64,000 bases of DNA, taken from positions 2,912,001 to 2,976,000 of the forward strand of contig CBDCJO010000002.1 in the NCBI GenBank assembly GCA_965217865.1, read 5' to 3'. This DNA comes from Candidatus Latescibacterota bacterium. Its GTDB lineage: Bacteria; Latescibacterota; UBA2968; SICM01. This document shows, piece by piece, positions 1 through 9,843 of the stretch (its first letter is position 1; the number at the start of each line of letters is the position of its first letter). The notes below the pieces were generated by a model that saw only the letters and a program-made list of their open reading frames with translations, had not been told where the DNA came from and searched no databases. The position numbers and the translations under genes were made by a program.

Positions 1-1
1 A

Positions 2-139
2 GGCGATGCCCTCTCGTGTGAACCCGGAGTTTACGTCCCGGGTGTCGGGGGCGCCCGCGTGGAAAATATGATCTATATCACCCCGGAAGGCCCTGAAGAG
101 CTGACCCGATGTCCGCTCGACCCTCCGATGGGAATCTAA
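2..139 (+). CDS. 3' end of M24-family (Xaa-Pro) peptidase, partial
   Basis: Manual translation GDALSCEPGVYVPGVGGARVENMIYITPEGPEELT...*; EPGxY...GGxRxE is the M24 C-terminal metal-binding signature. Confidence 0.8.
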   Translation, partial: GDALSCEPGVYVPGVGGARVENMIYITPEGPEELTRCPLDPPMGI

Positions 140-148
140 AAGCCGAGA

Positions 149-2038
149 TCAGGAATCAGGGGTCGGAGGTTGGGTATTCGAACCCCGAACCCCGATCTCT
201 GAACCCCGATCAAGGTGTTCTTTAATCTTTGTGGCCAGCCGATCCCCAATCCCCGATACGGAGGCGATTTCCGAAACATCGGCCTCGGCGATCCGCCTAA
301 CAGACCCGAATTTCCGGATCAGAGACCGTTTGCGACCCGGACCCACCTTTTCGATCTCGTCGAGAACGGAGAGTGTTTGGCGGTTGCTTCGCAAAACCCT
401 GTGGTAGGTGAGGGCAAAACGATGGGCTTCGTCGCGAATCGCCTGGAGGAGTTTGAGCGCCGAGGAAGTCTTCGGAATATTCTGAGGATCCGGGCTTCCC
501 GGCACAAACACCTCCTCGAGTCGCTTCGCCAGACCCACCACAGGAAGATCCTGGACCCCCAATTCCGAGAGCGCTTCCATCGCACTCGATAATTGCCCCT
601 TCCCGCCGTCCACGAGCAAAAGGTCGGGAAATTTCTCACCCTCTTCCATCAAGCGCTTGATTCTCCGGTTGACAATATGATGCATCATGGCAAAGTCATC
701 CGGTCCCGGGACATCCGAGATCTTGAACCGTCTGTATTCCCCCTTCTTTGGCCTTCCGTCAACGAAACAGACCAGCGACGCCACAGGATCCGAGGCATGC
801 GTGTTGGAAATATCGATGGCCTCGATCCGCCGGGGAGGATGACGAAGCCTCAGATCCCGCTGCAGGGATGAAACCGCTTGGGGGACCTGTTTCTTTCGAT
901 TCTCACGCCTCAACCGGCGTTCCGTAAGGAGAAGTCCGGCGTTGTTCGCCGCCATCGCCAGGAGTTTCACCTTATCGCCTCGCTGAGGTGTACGGATCTC
1001 CAAAAGCCCCCCTGCCCGACCCACCAGCCAATCGCAGATCGCTTCCCGATCCTCGATGTCACACGGCAAACAGATCTCCTTCGGGACGAACGCCGTGTAG
1101 AGGTAGGCCTGACGGACAAAGGCCGAGACAACCTCCGGGTCTGAGGCCCCCATCACCCCCCCGACGAAATAACTTTTCCGTCCCCAAAGCCGACCGTTTC
1201 TCACTTCCATGACAACACCGCACGCCTCATCGTCCTCTCGTGCGATGGCCACAGCATCCCAGTCGGAGAAATCCGAAGACACCACCTTCTGGCGATTGGT
1301 GACGCTCTCCAGACTTTCAAGCCGATCCCGGATCTCTGCCGCCTCCTCAAACTTGAGTTCCGCGGAAGCCTGCTTCATCCGGTCCCGCAACATCTTGACC
1401 ACCTCCTCATTTCGCCCCGTGAGGAAAAGGATGGCCTGATCGATGATCCTCTGATAGTCCTTTCTTGAAATGAGCCCTTCGCACGGCCCGTCACATCGTT
1501 TGATCTCATAATCCAGGCAGAGCTTCACCCTCGGATCGGGAAGATCGTAAGAGCAGGATCGGACCCTGAACAGGCGATGAATCGTGTCAAGGCTACGGCG
1601 CATCCCCTTGACATCCGTGTAAGGGCCGAAGTATCGGCTCCCGTCCTTAACGACATCCCGGGTGACCAGGAAACGGGGAAAGGGCTCCTTCGTGACCTTC
1701 AGATAAGGGTATTTTTTGTCATCCTTGAGCCGGATGTTGTACCGCGGCTTGTGTTTCTTGATCAGGTTCGCCTCAAGGATGAGCGCCTCCAGCTCGGTAT
1801 CTGTGACGATATAGTCGAGGCTGCGGACGTTCGACACCAGGACGTGGAACTGCCCGCGACCGTCCCCTGACCCGGGCTGAAAGTATGACCGAACTCGGTC
1901 TCGCAGGACCTTCGCCTTGCCGATGTAGATGATTGTGCCCGCGGCGTCCTTCAGAAGATAGACACCCGGCTCCCTGGGGAGCAGATCCAGGCGTTCCTGC
2001 AACTGGACCCGCCAGTCAATGTCGGATGGTGCGGTCAT
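149..2038 (-). CDS. uvrC: Excinuclease ABC subunit C
   Basis: N-terminal GIY-YIG (PGVYLLKD..IIYIGKAK.LR.RV.SYF), UVR domain, RNase H-like DISN and DGGKGQ motifs, RDEAHRFA, C-terminal HhH. Confidence 0.97.
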   Translation of the reverse strand: MTAPSDIDWRVQLQERLDLLPREPGVYLLKDAAGTIIYIGKAKVLRDRVRSYFQPGSGDGRGQFHVLVSNVRSLDYIVTDTELEALILEANLIKKHKPRYNIRLKDDKKYPYLKVTKEPFPRFLVTRDVVKDGSRYFGPYTDVKGMRRSLDTIHRLFRVRSCSYDLPDPRVKLCLDYEIKRCDGPCEGLISRKDYQRIIDQAILFLTGRNEEVVKMLRDRMKQASAELKFEEAAEIRDRLESLESVTNRQKVVSSDFSDWDAVAIAREDDEACGVVMEVRNGRLWGRKSYFVGGVMGASDPEVVSAFVRQAYLYTAFVPKEICLPCDIEDREAICDWLVGRAGGLLEIRTPQRGDKVKLLAMAANNAGLLLTERRLRRENRKKQVPQAVSSLQRDLRLRHPPRRIEAIDISNTHASDPVASLVCFVDGRPKKGEYRRFKISDVPGPDDFAMMHHIVNRRIKRLMEEGEKFPDLLLVDGGKGQLSSAMEALSELGVQDLPVVGLAKRLEEVFVPGSPDPQNIPKTSSALKLLQAIRDEAHRFALTYHRVLRSNRQTLSVLDEIEKVGPGRKRSLIRKFGSVRRIAEADVSEIASVSGIGDRLATKIKEHLDRGSEIGVRGSNTQPPTPDS

Positions 2039-2085
2039 GATTCAAACGAGCTGTGGATGGATAAAAAGAAACGAGGGTGTGAGAT

Positions 2086-2439
2086 TCATCGAAACTCAAC
2101 CTTCTTGTACAGCATCCATCTTTTCTCAAATTACATTTGGAAAAAACCATTCGGTCCTGCTGAGACGTAGAAGAACGTCCGGCCGATTGAAGTCGAACCG
2201 CGGCCGGATTTTCGCGTATCCCGCCAGATCGCGGTGACATCCTGGACGCGATGCCACCTCTCTCGCCAACGAAATCTCCGGGGCGGATACTCCCCCCTTA
2301 TGGCTGCTGTTTCGTCGGGATGGACTTCCACCTCCTCGTTGACATACGAAGAAAACCGCTTTGCCTTACGGGAAGCCCGGCGATACGCGAATTGTGCGCG
2401 TGAAAACACGGGCGAGGCTTTGGGGAATCTCGTTGCCAT
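2086..2439 (-). pseudogene. Small DUF6504-like protein, frame broken near the 3' end
   Basis: P.RFRWRERWHRVQDV..W...FFYV pattern; stop after FFQM, but another frame continues RWMLYKKVEFR* to 2086. Family assignment is from memory. Confidence 0.45.
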
Positions 2440-2460
2440 TGAGCGTCGAACCAGGGGAAA

Positions 2461-3300
2461 TCATACTTCGCAGGCAAATCCCAACTCTTCAGCCTTGGCC
2501 ATGATGAACCCAACACAGGCCTTGAGGTCCTCCACGACATTCGGAGAATCTCCGACATCTATTCCGAGATAGCCATCATAACCCATTAACTTCAATCCTT
2601 CAAAGAAAGCATCCCAGTCGATGTTCCCTTTTCCAAGGGGCAGATGTGCGGAGTTCGTCCCGTCGTTGTCCGCGATATGAATATTTGCGAACTTTCCCCG
2701 AAGTTTCATCAGAGTGATAGGAAGGATCTCCTTTTGGGCCTGAAAATGAGCGCAGTCAAAGTTGGCGTAGAAGTTGTCTCGGCCCACATCCTGGATCAGC
2801 CTAAGAAGGGAATCCGAAGAACAGATTATCTCCCCGACGCGCGGCTCCATGATGACCTTCCTGCCGATCTCCTTCACCATGTCGCTGCACCGTCCGACAC
2901 TCTCGACAAGCACGTCCCACTGGGCTTCCCAATCAAAGTCCGGATCGAAACGAACACGGTAATCTTCGTCGAAGGCGTATTCCGCTCCGGCGTAAGGTTT
3001 GGCTCCGGCAAACGCCACGCCAGGGGTATAACTCGCCAGATGGACCAGATCCCATAGAACCGGGCAAAAGTTGTGGACTTTCAGCCCTAGATCGTCACAT
3101 CGCTGTTTGTAGACCTTTCGGTTTTGGTGAACGACCTTTAGATGATCCGCTCCGAGCCCCTCCAGCTCCAGGTAAGTGAATCCCATAGACCTGTAGTCCT
3201 CAAGAGCCTTAAGATCATCTTCGAAAGACGGCGGATAACCGTATCGAAAGATCGGACCCCTTTTCTTGATTCCGGAAAATTGTTGCCGAGAAGGGAACAA
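2461..3300 (-). CDS. Sugar phosphate isomerase/epimerase (xylose-isomerase-like TIM barrel)
   Basis: GFTYLELEG, MEPRVGE, NFDCAHF, IHIADNDG, HLPLGKGNIDW, GYDGYLGID motifs; start uncertain and possible internal deletion. Confidence 0.8.
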   Translation of the reverse strand: MFPSRQQFSGIKKRGPIFRYGYPPSFEDDLKALEDYRSMGFTYLELEGLGADHLKVVHQNRKVYKQRCDDLGLKVHNFCPVLWDLVHLASYTPGVAFAGAKPYAGAEYAFDEDYRVRFDPDFDWEAQWDVLVESVGRCSDMVKEIGRKVIMEPRVGEIICSSDSLLRLIQDVGRDNFYANFDCAHFQAQKEILPITLMKLRGKFANIHIADNDGTNSAHLPLGKGNIDWDAFFEGLKLMGYDGYLGIDVGDSPNVVEDLKACVGFIMAKAEELGFACEV

Positions 3301-3448
3301 CCCTTCTCAGACCCCTGCCTTTGAGTGATCCCTGCACGGCCCCCGCTCCCACTCTTGTAGACCGGTAAAAATATAGGAAATTGCCGGAGAGTGTCAATCG
3401 GAAAGAGGTCCTGGGGAGCATGACTTTTGCCGGCTTGATTAAATCGAC

Positions 3449-3476
3449 TTGACTGATCGCTGACCTTTTGTATTAT
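3449..3476 (+). promoter_or_regulatory. Putative sigma70 promoter upstream of thiL
   Basis: TTGACT-16nt-TATTAT in an AT-rich divergent intergenic region. Confidence 0.4.
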
Positions 3477-3594
3477 ATATCCTTATAAGGAATTCCACGT
3501 GGGCTTCGAACCCGCGCGAATTATTCATCAGATCATATGATATCTTCGTGCTTTGAAGGGCGTTAGGATTACATTTTTATTGGTATAACCTATA

Positions 3595-4608
3595 ATGAAT
3601 ACAGGAAATTATGAAGAATTTACCCTCATCGAGCGATTAAAAAAGTGCGTGACAGGGGCCGGAAATTTTGTTATAATTGGGGTTGGCGATGATGCCGCGG
3701 CCCTGAAGGTAGACGAAGGCCGCATCATTCTGATGACCGCAGACTCCCTGGTCGAGGGAGTACATTTCGACCTCTCGTTCGTTCCCTACTCTGATTTGGG
3801 TTGGCGGGCAATGACCGCCAACCTCAGCGATGTGGCAGCGATGGGAGGCCGTCCAATCGGGGCAACAGTCTGTATCTGTGTCCCCCCCTCGTGCGCCGCG
3901 GAATCTCTGGAAGAACTTTACGCCGGGATGGACGCGGTGGCTTCCCGTTTCGAATGTCGGATTGTGGGTGGGGACACAACCTCCTCCCGTTCAGACCTGA
4001 CCATCTCCATCTCCTTGCTTGGTGAGGTGGAGCACGAACGCTTGACCCCCCGTAGCAAAGTGAAGCCGGGTGATCTGCTGTGCGTTACAGGTCATCTTGG
4101 TGGATCCCGAGCAGGCCTTGAAGTCCTCCGGCGGCGAAAACTCGGGGTACCCCTGCCGGGGAGTTTCGAAGAAGCCGTCAATCGGTATCTCCATCCGATT
4201 CCCCGTTTAAAGGAATCTGCCGTAATGGGGGATACCGTTCCGATCCACGCAGCGATCGACATAAGTGATGGAATTTCAAGCGAGATCCATCATCTCTGCC
4301 GAATGAGCCAAGTTGGGGCCAGGATCGAAAGTGGTGCGATTCCCCTACACCCCGATACCCGTGGGGTGGCTCGATTGTGCAACCAGAACGCGCATTCCTT
4401 TGCCCTTTCAGGGGGCGAGGATTTTGAATTGCTGTTCGCGGTCGATTCGCGGGACGCAAAATCCGTATCCGATGCGGTAGAGAGGGAAACCGGCACCCCG
4501 ATTTCCGTTGTTGGCGAAGCCGTTCCGAGGGATCAAGGGGTTTCCATTCGAGATAAGGGTGAGGCCTGGCGCCCTTTGGAAGATGCGGGATTTAAGCACT
4601 TCCTATAG
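3595..4608 (+). CDS. thiL: Thiamine-monophosphate kinase
   Basis: EFTLI, GVGDDAA, D.LVEGVHF, ANLSDVAAMGG.P, GGDT, AIDISDG, SGGEDFELLF, GFKHF end. Confidence 0.95.
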   Translation: MNTGNYEEFTLIERLKKCVTGAGNFVIIGVGDDAAALKVDEGRIILMTADSLVEGVHFDLSFVPYSDLGWRAMTANLSDVAAMGGRPIGATVCICVPPSCAAESLEELYAGMDAVASRFECRIVGGDTTSSRSDLTISISLLGEVEHERLTPRSKVKPGDLLCVTGHLGGSRAGLEVLRRRKLGVPLPGSFEEAVNRYLHPIPRLKESAVMGDTVPIHAAIDISDGISSEIHHLCRMSQVGARIESGAIPLHPDTRGVARLCNQNAHSFALSGGEDFELLFAVDSRDAKSVSDAVERETGTPISVVGEAVPRDQGVSIRDKGEAWRPLEDAGFKHFL

Positions 4609-4649
4609 GCGGTTTAGATCCCCCTGATATCTGAAGGCGAACCATCTTT

Positions 4650-5108
4650 ATGCCGAAAGCGCTCGGTCTGATCGAAACCGTCGGCTTTGTAGGGATTGCG
4701 GAGGCCGCCGATGCAGCGGCAAAGGCAGCCGCGGTCGATCTGTCGGCAGTTGAGCAGACCACCGGGGGTTTGATCACCATCCGGCTCACTGGGGATGTCG
4801 GTGCCGTTCAAGCAGCCGTGGATGCCGGTGCCGAGGCCGCTTCAAGGGTCGGACAGCTCCTTTCTCAGCACGTCATCCCGCACCCACACGAAGATCTGTT
4901 CCGGTTGATGGGATGGTCGACCCGAACCGCGACACAAACGCCCGCCTTTAACGACCCTGTAGACCCCAGCGAGGATCCGGAGCGCATGAGCGTCCTGGAG
5001 CTTCGGCGCTACGCACGCAGCATCCCGGGATTGGCGATCCACGGTCGCGAGATTTCCAAAGCGAACCGGGATGATCTCCTGCGGGAGATTCGGAAAGCCT
5101 TAAAGTAA
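4650..5108 (+). CDS. BMC-H microcompartment shell protein with C-terminal extension
   Basis: ALGLIET.G...AADAAAKAA.V, GDVGAVQAAVDAG, HVIP.PH BMC signature plus about 60 aa helical tail. Confidence 0.9.
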   Translation: MPKALGLIETVGFVGIAEAADAAAKAAAVDLSAVEQTTGGLITIRLTGDVGAVQAAVDAGAEAASRVGQLLSQHVIPHPHEDLFRLMGWSTRTATQTPAFNDPVDPSEDPERMSVLELRRYARSIPGLAIHGREISKANRDDLLREIRKALK

Positions 5109-5118
5109 GAGCGCGAAG

Positions 5119-5439
5119 GTGGAAACACTTTGGGATAAAATCAGGCACACCCTGTTAGAAAGGGCGGTGACTGTCGCGGAAAGGGCCGAGCACCTCTATT
5201 ATGTAAGCCGGGTTCGCCTCGATATCGCCAACGACAAGCGGTCGACCCACACGGCTTATGCCCAACTTGGGAGACGCGTCTATCACCTCTTGTCCAAAAA
5301 AACCGACGGGGAAGTTTCGAAGGATGAAAATGTTCTGGACCTCATTCAGCGCATTCGTGATGGCGAGGAGATCCTTCAGGAACGGGAGGCAACCCTGGCG
5401 AACCTAACAGACCCGAAGACTCCAGAATCCGAAGGATAA
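5119..5439 (+). CDS. Hypothetical helical/coiled-coil protein
   Basis: Tightly spaced between the BMC and protease genes; protein-like helical sequence. Confidence 0.7.
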   Translation: METLWDKIRHTLLERAVTVAERAEHLYYVSRVRLDIANDKRSTHTAYAQLGRRVYHLLSKKTDGEVSKDENVLDLIQRIRDGEEILQEREATLANLTDPKTPESEG

Positions 5440-5441
5440 AC

Positions 5442-6905
5442 GTGACATCCCCCGATTATTGCAGGTTCCGAAAAATCATAGTCTTTGTTTGGGCAGTTGT
5501 GTCCCTGAACGCCCTTACCCTCCCTATCGCTGAAGGACAGACGGATTATCGAAACTTTGAAGGAGGGACGCAAAAAAGCCCCATTATCACGGTAGCCGAG
5601 CATCTGCGCCCCACAGTTGTCAGCATATCGGTGCGAAAACCCCGCGATTTCAGCGGACAGGAGTATTTCTGGGATCCCAAGCGTGGCAACATCAAGCGAT
5701 ACAGGTCCACTTTGTCACAGTTCGGCTCCGGGGTGATCGTCAGCAAAGACGGCTACATACTGACCAACAACCACGTGATCGATCAGGCCTCCAATATCCG
5801 GGTTACCCTTGCCGACAATACCGAATATGAAGCCTTAACCGTGGGGCAGGATCCGGAAACAGACGTCGCCCTGATTCGTTTGGTTATGGATGGGCGCCTC
5901 GAGATGGATCAAGTCGCCCCGATCGGCGACTCCGAAACCCTCAGGGTTGGGGAATGGGTCGTGGCCATTGGCAACCCGTTCGGGTTTCAACGCACGGTCA
6001 GCGTCGGAGTCGTGAGCGCAAAGGGGAGAATCCTTGAAGAAATTGAGGGTGGCACTCCATCGTTTCAGGATTTTATTCAGACCGATGCTTCGATTCACCC
6101 CGGAAACTCAGGAGGTCCGCTCGTCAACCTGGAGGGACAGGTGATCGGGATCAATACGGCCTACCGGCCCACAGGATCCAGGATCGGGTTTGCCATACCG
6201 ATCAATCTCGCCTCCAAGGTGGCAGAGGACTTACGGGAGACGGGAAAAGTCATCAGGGGGTTTCTGGGGGTCCATCCACAGGAGTTAAGGGGAGAACTTG
6301 CTGAAGCGGTCGGTGTCCATCCGGGAGAAGGAATCCTCGTCGGAGATGTGAAAACAGGAAGCCCGGCCGTGGGAGCCGGCATTCGCCGAGGAGACGTAAT
6401 CACCCAGGTGAACGGACAGCGGATTAACGACATCATTGGCTATCTGAGGATCATTGCCGGTTCGCGACCCGGGACCCGGGCGTCAGTCAGAATCCTTCGG
6501 GATGGAAACCCGATGTTGCTGAGTTGTATGATAGGGTGGCGGAATCACACGGGCGCAGGATCGGAGGACCTGGATGATTCCGGTTCGGGGGTCCTTTCCT
6601 CCGGTGAAAATGCGTGGATGGGAATGATCGTCCACGATCGGGGGATGATCGAGGCCAAACGTGTCAACGACCAGGCGGAAGAGAGCGTGGTGGTCACCTA
6701 TGTCGAACCTGGGAGCGCCTCGGAGGAAAGGGGAATAGGTCAGGGGGACGAGATCCTGGAGATCGAAGGGAACAGGGTTTCCACCCTCGCGGATTACAAT
6801 TCTCTCTCCCGAAAATTAGATGGAAAAAATAGGCCGATTCTATTCCTTTTCAGAAAAAAGGGTGATGAAGCAACCACCTTTATCGCCCTGCGAGATAAAA
6901 ATTAG
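5442..6905 (+). CDS. DegP/HtrA (Do) serine protease with two PDZ domains
   Basis: Signal peptide, GSGVIV, TNNHVI, TDVAL, IQTDASIHPGNSGGPL, two PDZ-like regions. Confidence 0.93.
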   Translation: MTSPDYCRFRKIIVFVWAVVSLNALTLPIAEGQTDYRNFEGGTQKSPIITVAEHLRPTVVSISVRKPRDFSGQEYFWDPKRGNIKRYRSTLSQFGSGVIVSKDGYILTNNHVIDQASNIRVTLADNTEYEALTVGQDPETDVALIRLVMDGRLEMDQVAPIGDSETLRVGEWVVAIGNPFGFQRTVSVGVVSAKGRILEEIEGGTPSFQDFIQTDASIHPGNSGGPLVNLEGQVIGINTAYRPTGSRIGFAIPINLASKVAEDLRETGKVIRGFLGVHPQELRGELAEAVGVHPGEGILVGDVKTGSPAVGAGIRRGDVITQVNGQRINDIIGYLRIIAGSRPGTRASVRILRDGNPMLLSCMIGWRNHTGAGSEDLDDSGSGVLSSGENAWMGMIVHDRGMIEAKRVNDQAEESVVVTYVEPGSASEERGIGQGDEILEIEGNRVSTLADYNSLSRKLDGKNRPILFLFRKKGDEATTFIALRDKN

Positions 6906-7123
6906 AGCCCGCGAAGCATAAGTTTAACACGACACTTCGTGGGTCCCGCAGCTGCTCATCATCAAAATTAAAGGAGGTGTTCATCTAGAACAGGTTACCT
7001 GATCTCACAGACCGCGAAGGCCACGCAGGTGAGTCTCCCTTTCCTGTGGACCTTTATCAACCGTGAGGGGACGCAGCGGGTCCCCACATCGATACCCTCA
7101 CGCGAAGAAGGAGTGGCTAACGA

Positions 7124-7999
7124 GTGTCCAGACCAGTGAGCAGGCCGAATACGCCTAAGTCGTACACCTTTAAAGATGACTCTTTGGACCAATATCTTCA
7201 GGAGATCGGCGATGAAAATCTCCTGTCATCCGAAGAGGAAGTGGAACTCGCAAAAAGAATAAAGCAAGGAGATCATCGCGCACTGGAGCGGTTAACCAAG
7301 GCAAACCTCCGTTTTGTGGTCAGCGTGGCCAAGCAGTATCAGAACAGAGGGCTTTCTCTTGGTGACCTCATCAACGAAGGAAACCTTGGCCTGATCAAAG
7401 CGGCCAGGCGTTTCGATGAGAGAAAGGGTTTCAAGTTCATCTCATACGCCGTATGGTGGATTCGTCAGGCCATTCTCCAGGCACTGGCAGAACAATCCCG
7501 AATCGTCCGTCTTCCCCTCAATCGAGTGGGGACCCTCCACAAGATCGGAAAAGCCTTCAACGGTCTTGAACAGGAATACGGCCGGCAACCCAGTGCTATG
7601 GAGATCGCCGATGAGTTGGACATGACCCCCAATGAGGTCATGGATACCCTTCAGATCTCCAGCCGCCATCTCTCCCTCGACGCACCGTTCAACGATCAAA
7701 ACGAAAATCGTCTCCTCGACATCCTTGAAGATGAAATGCAGCCTTCTCCGGATGAAGAGGCCATGACCGATTCTCTCCGCCAGGAGGTGAAGAAAGTCCT
7801 CAACACCCTGACCCCTCGTGAAGCGGAGGTGATAAGCCTCTACTTCGGAATCGCGCACGACAACCCCCTGACCCTGGAGGAGATCGGCGACAGGTTCGGA
7901 CTCACGCGTGAGCGGGTTCGGCAGATCAAAGAGAAGGCCATCGGCAGACTCCGACACGCCTCCCGCAGCCGGCCTTTGCGGGCTTACATGAAGAGCTGA
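7124..7999 (+). CDS. RNA polymerase sigma-70 factor, RpoD/SigA family (short form lacking region 1.1)
   Basis: [56 protein letters not shown]. Confidence 0.95.
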   Translation: MSRPVSRPNTPKSYTFKDDSLDQYLQEIGDENLLSSEEEVELAKRIKQGDHRALERLTKANLRFVVSVAKQYQNRGLSLGDLINEGNLGLIKAARRFDERKGFKFISYAVWWIRQAILQALAEQSRIVRLPLNRVGTLHKIGKAFNGLEQEYGRQPSAMEIADELDMTPNEVMDTLQISSRHLSLDAPFNDQNENRLLDILEDEMQPSPDEEAMTDSLRQEVKKVLNTLTPREAEVISLYFGIAHDNPLTLEEIGDRFGLTRERVRQIKEKAIGRLRHASRSRPLRAYMKS

Positions 8000-8024
8000 C
8001 GACCGAACAAAGGCTTTCATCCGA

Positions 8025-8076
8025 CAAGACAAAGGGCCACAGCGAATCTTTCCGCTGTGGCCCTTTGTCTTGCTTT
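8025..8076 (+). terminator. Intrinsic terminator after the sigma gene
   Basis: Perfect 20-bp stem CAAGACAAAGGGCCACAGCG / CGCTGTGGCCCTTTGTCTTG followed by a pyrimidine-rich tail. Confidence 0.75.
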
Positions 8077-8313
8077 CTCGCTTCTCTCTTTCATGGTCGA
8101 ATTTCAGAAACTAACTACTTTCCAGCCCATCCGCTCGTTCCGGAGGCCTATCAACCATAAAGAGATTTTCAAACACTTCCTTTAACTTATCCGCCGCTTG
8201 TCTTGAAACATTCCTGCCATTCCCGCTATAGCTGCAACCCCATAGTTTTCTTGCAGCTGCCATCCTTCCCTAATCTTCGCGCTTCTGACAAACCCATCCG
8301 TCCTATAAATTTT

Positions 8314-9210
8314 GGTGATTGAGTAGATATTGGCACCAGCGTATATTAATAATATGCTGGTAATTAATCCACTTAAGTTAGCAAATGACTGCAAGATAAG
8401 TAGGGCCTATTTTCGTGCAGCCCGTTGGGGTGGAAAAAGGCGATGTCCAAGCTGCGATTATCAGCGCAGGTTGCCCTTATTAAAAGACGATCGGTTCAGG
8501 TGTTCACGGTGTGGATATCGGTTTAAAGATTTCACGGGCACTTATCTTGAAAGGCTTCGAATTTCATTTGACGAGCTTGCCCATTTACTTTATCTGTTTG
8601 TATTGGGAGTGCCCTCTTACCGATCCAGGCACTACCTGTCCGTATCGCTGAAAACGGCTCAGCGGATTTATACCACGTTTCGCCAGGCCATCTACGATCA
8701 TAGCTTTACGGACCAGGTGCTTTGGGGTGAGATCGAGTTGGACGAGGCGATGTATGGAGGTCATCATAAGGGTAAGCGTGGATGGGGAGCAGCCGGAAAA
8801 CACTTGGTTTTCGGGCTTTATCAGAGGAACGGAAAAGTCCTCACCTTTCCCATTCCGGATCGAAGTCGAAACACCCTTACACCGCTTGTGACCTCACACA
8901 CCAAAGCAGGCAGTCTATACTACACCGATGACTGGCACGCCTACACTTGGCTGTCAGTCAAAGGTGACCACGTGGTTGTTCGAAAAGAAGAAGGGGTGCC
9001 CAAAGGCAAAGGCCGACATCACATCAATGGCATCGAAGGCTTCTGGAGTTTTTCTAAAAATTGGCTATATCAATACAGAGGAATCCCTCGACATCATTTC
9101 CATTTATACCTGAAGGAAACAGAGTTCAGATTCAACCAGGAAGACGAGGATCTCTTCCCAATTATTGCTTCATATCTGGTGAATCTGGTACCAATATCTT
9201 CCTAATTACC
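8314..9210 (+). mobile_element. IS1595-family insertion sequence (about 897 bp)
   Basis: Imperfect terminal inverted repeats GGTGATTGAGTAGATATTGGCACCAG / revcomp GGTAATTAGGAAGATATTGGTACCAG; AAATTTT on both flanks as target-site duplication; lower GC than surroundings. Confidence 0.88.
8354..9205 (+). CDS. IS1595-family transposase
   Basis: Zinc ribbon CPSC...CSRC, IELDEAMYGG, YYTDDW, HINGIEGFWS, YLKETEFRFN. ATG at 8354 lies inside the inverted repeats. Confidence 0.92.
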   Translation: MLVINPLKLANDCKISRAYFRAARWGGKRRCPSCDYQRRLPLLKDDRFRCSRCGYRFKDFTGTYLERLRISFDELAHLLYLFVLGVPSYRSRHYLSVSLKTAQRIYTTFRQAIYDHSFTDQVLWGEIELDEAMYGGHHKGKRGWGAAGKHLVFGLYQRNGKVLTFPIPDRSRNTLTPLVTSHTKAGSLYYTDDWHAYTWLSVKGDHVVVRKEEGVPKGKGRHHINGIEGFWSFSKNWLYQYRGIPRHHFHLYLKETEFRFNQEDEDLFPIIASYLVNLVPISS

Positions 9211-9216
9211 AAATTT

Positions 9217-9756
9217 TTACCCAACCTTATATTTTTGTGCCCTGCGGTACCGCAGCCATAGCCAGACAAGCACCCCAACCAGTGCGATGACGTTTGGCCA
9301 GAAGATCAAGGGATGGCCCCAGTTGACCCCCTCAAAGGTCCACGAGGACACGGGATATAGAAACGGCGTCTGAAATCGTTCGTGAGTGGGCATATCCATC
9401 AGGATGTTAAGCGCGTAGGGAAGGCCGAACCACAGCAGGTGGCGCCTCCCGGTCAGGGTTATCAGGGCCATCGCCGCGGCCAGGATCACCAGACTGTGGG
9501 TGTAGACATAGTAGTTGTTGTAGACCTCGACCAGGTCAGGAGGCAGGGGCGGGCCGTCGGAAAACCAGATTTCCGGATCCGGACTTATACCCCGTGACAG
9601 TCCCGACCAGCCGTCTTCGATCGCCCACTTTACCCTCGGGGGGATGAAGGTGAGCAGGTCCGGTGCCGCACCCGCCATCGCCCCCAGCCATGCGGTCTTT
9701 CGTCCCCGCCATCGAAGCGATGCATAACCCCAACCCGCGTGCGATACAAAGTCCAT
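9217..9756 (-). CDS. Membrane metal-dependent hydrolase (YdjM-like)
   Basis: MDFVSHAGW, GAAPDL, THSL, ILMDMPTH, PFLYP, several TM segments. Confidence 0.7.
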   Translation of the reverse strand: MDFVSHAGWGYASLRWRGRKTAWLGAMAGAAPDLLTFIPPRVKWAIEDGWSGLSRGISPDPEIWFSDGPPLPPDLVEVYNNYYVYTHSLVILAAAMALITLTGRRHLLWFGLPYALNILMDMPTHERFQTPFLYPVSSWTFEGVNWGHPLIFWPNVIALVGVLVWLWLRYRRAQKYKVG

Positions 9757-9843
9757 ATTAAAAATGCCCCCGGAGGTCAAAAGTCACGAGTTCAAAGTCA
9801 GACCCAACGATTAACGACTTTTGACTCGTGACCTGTCACGGGT

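Noticed and set aside
8182-8394. 70-aa minus-strand ORF
   Set aside because: Spans the IS left end; a chance ORF across the insertion junction.
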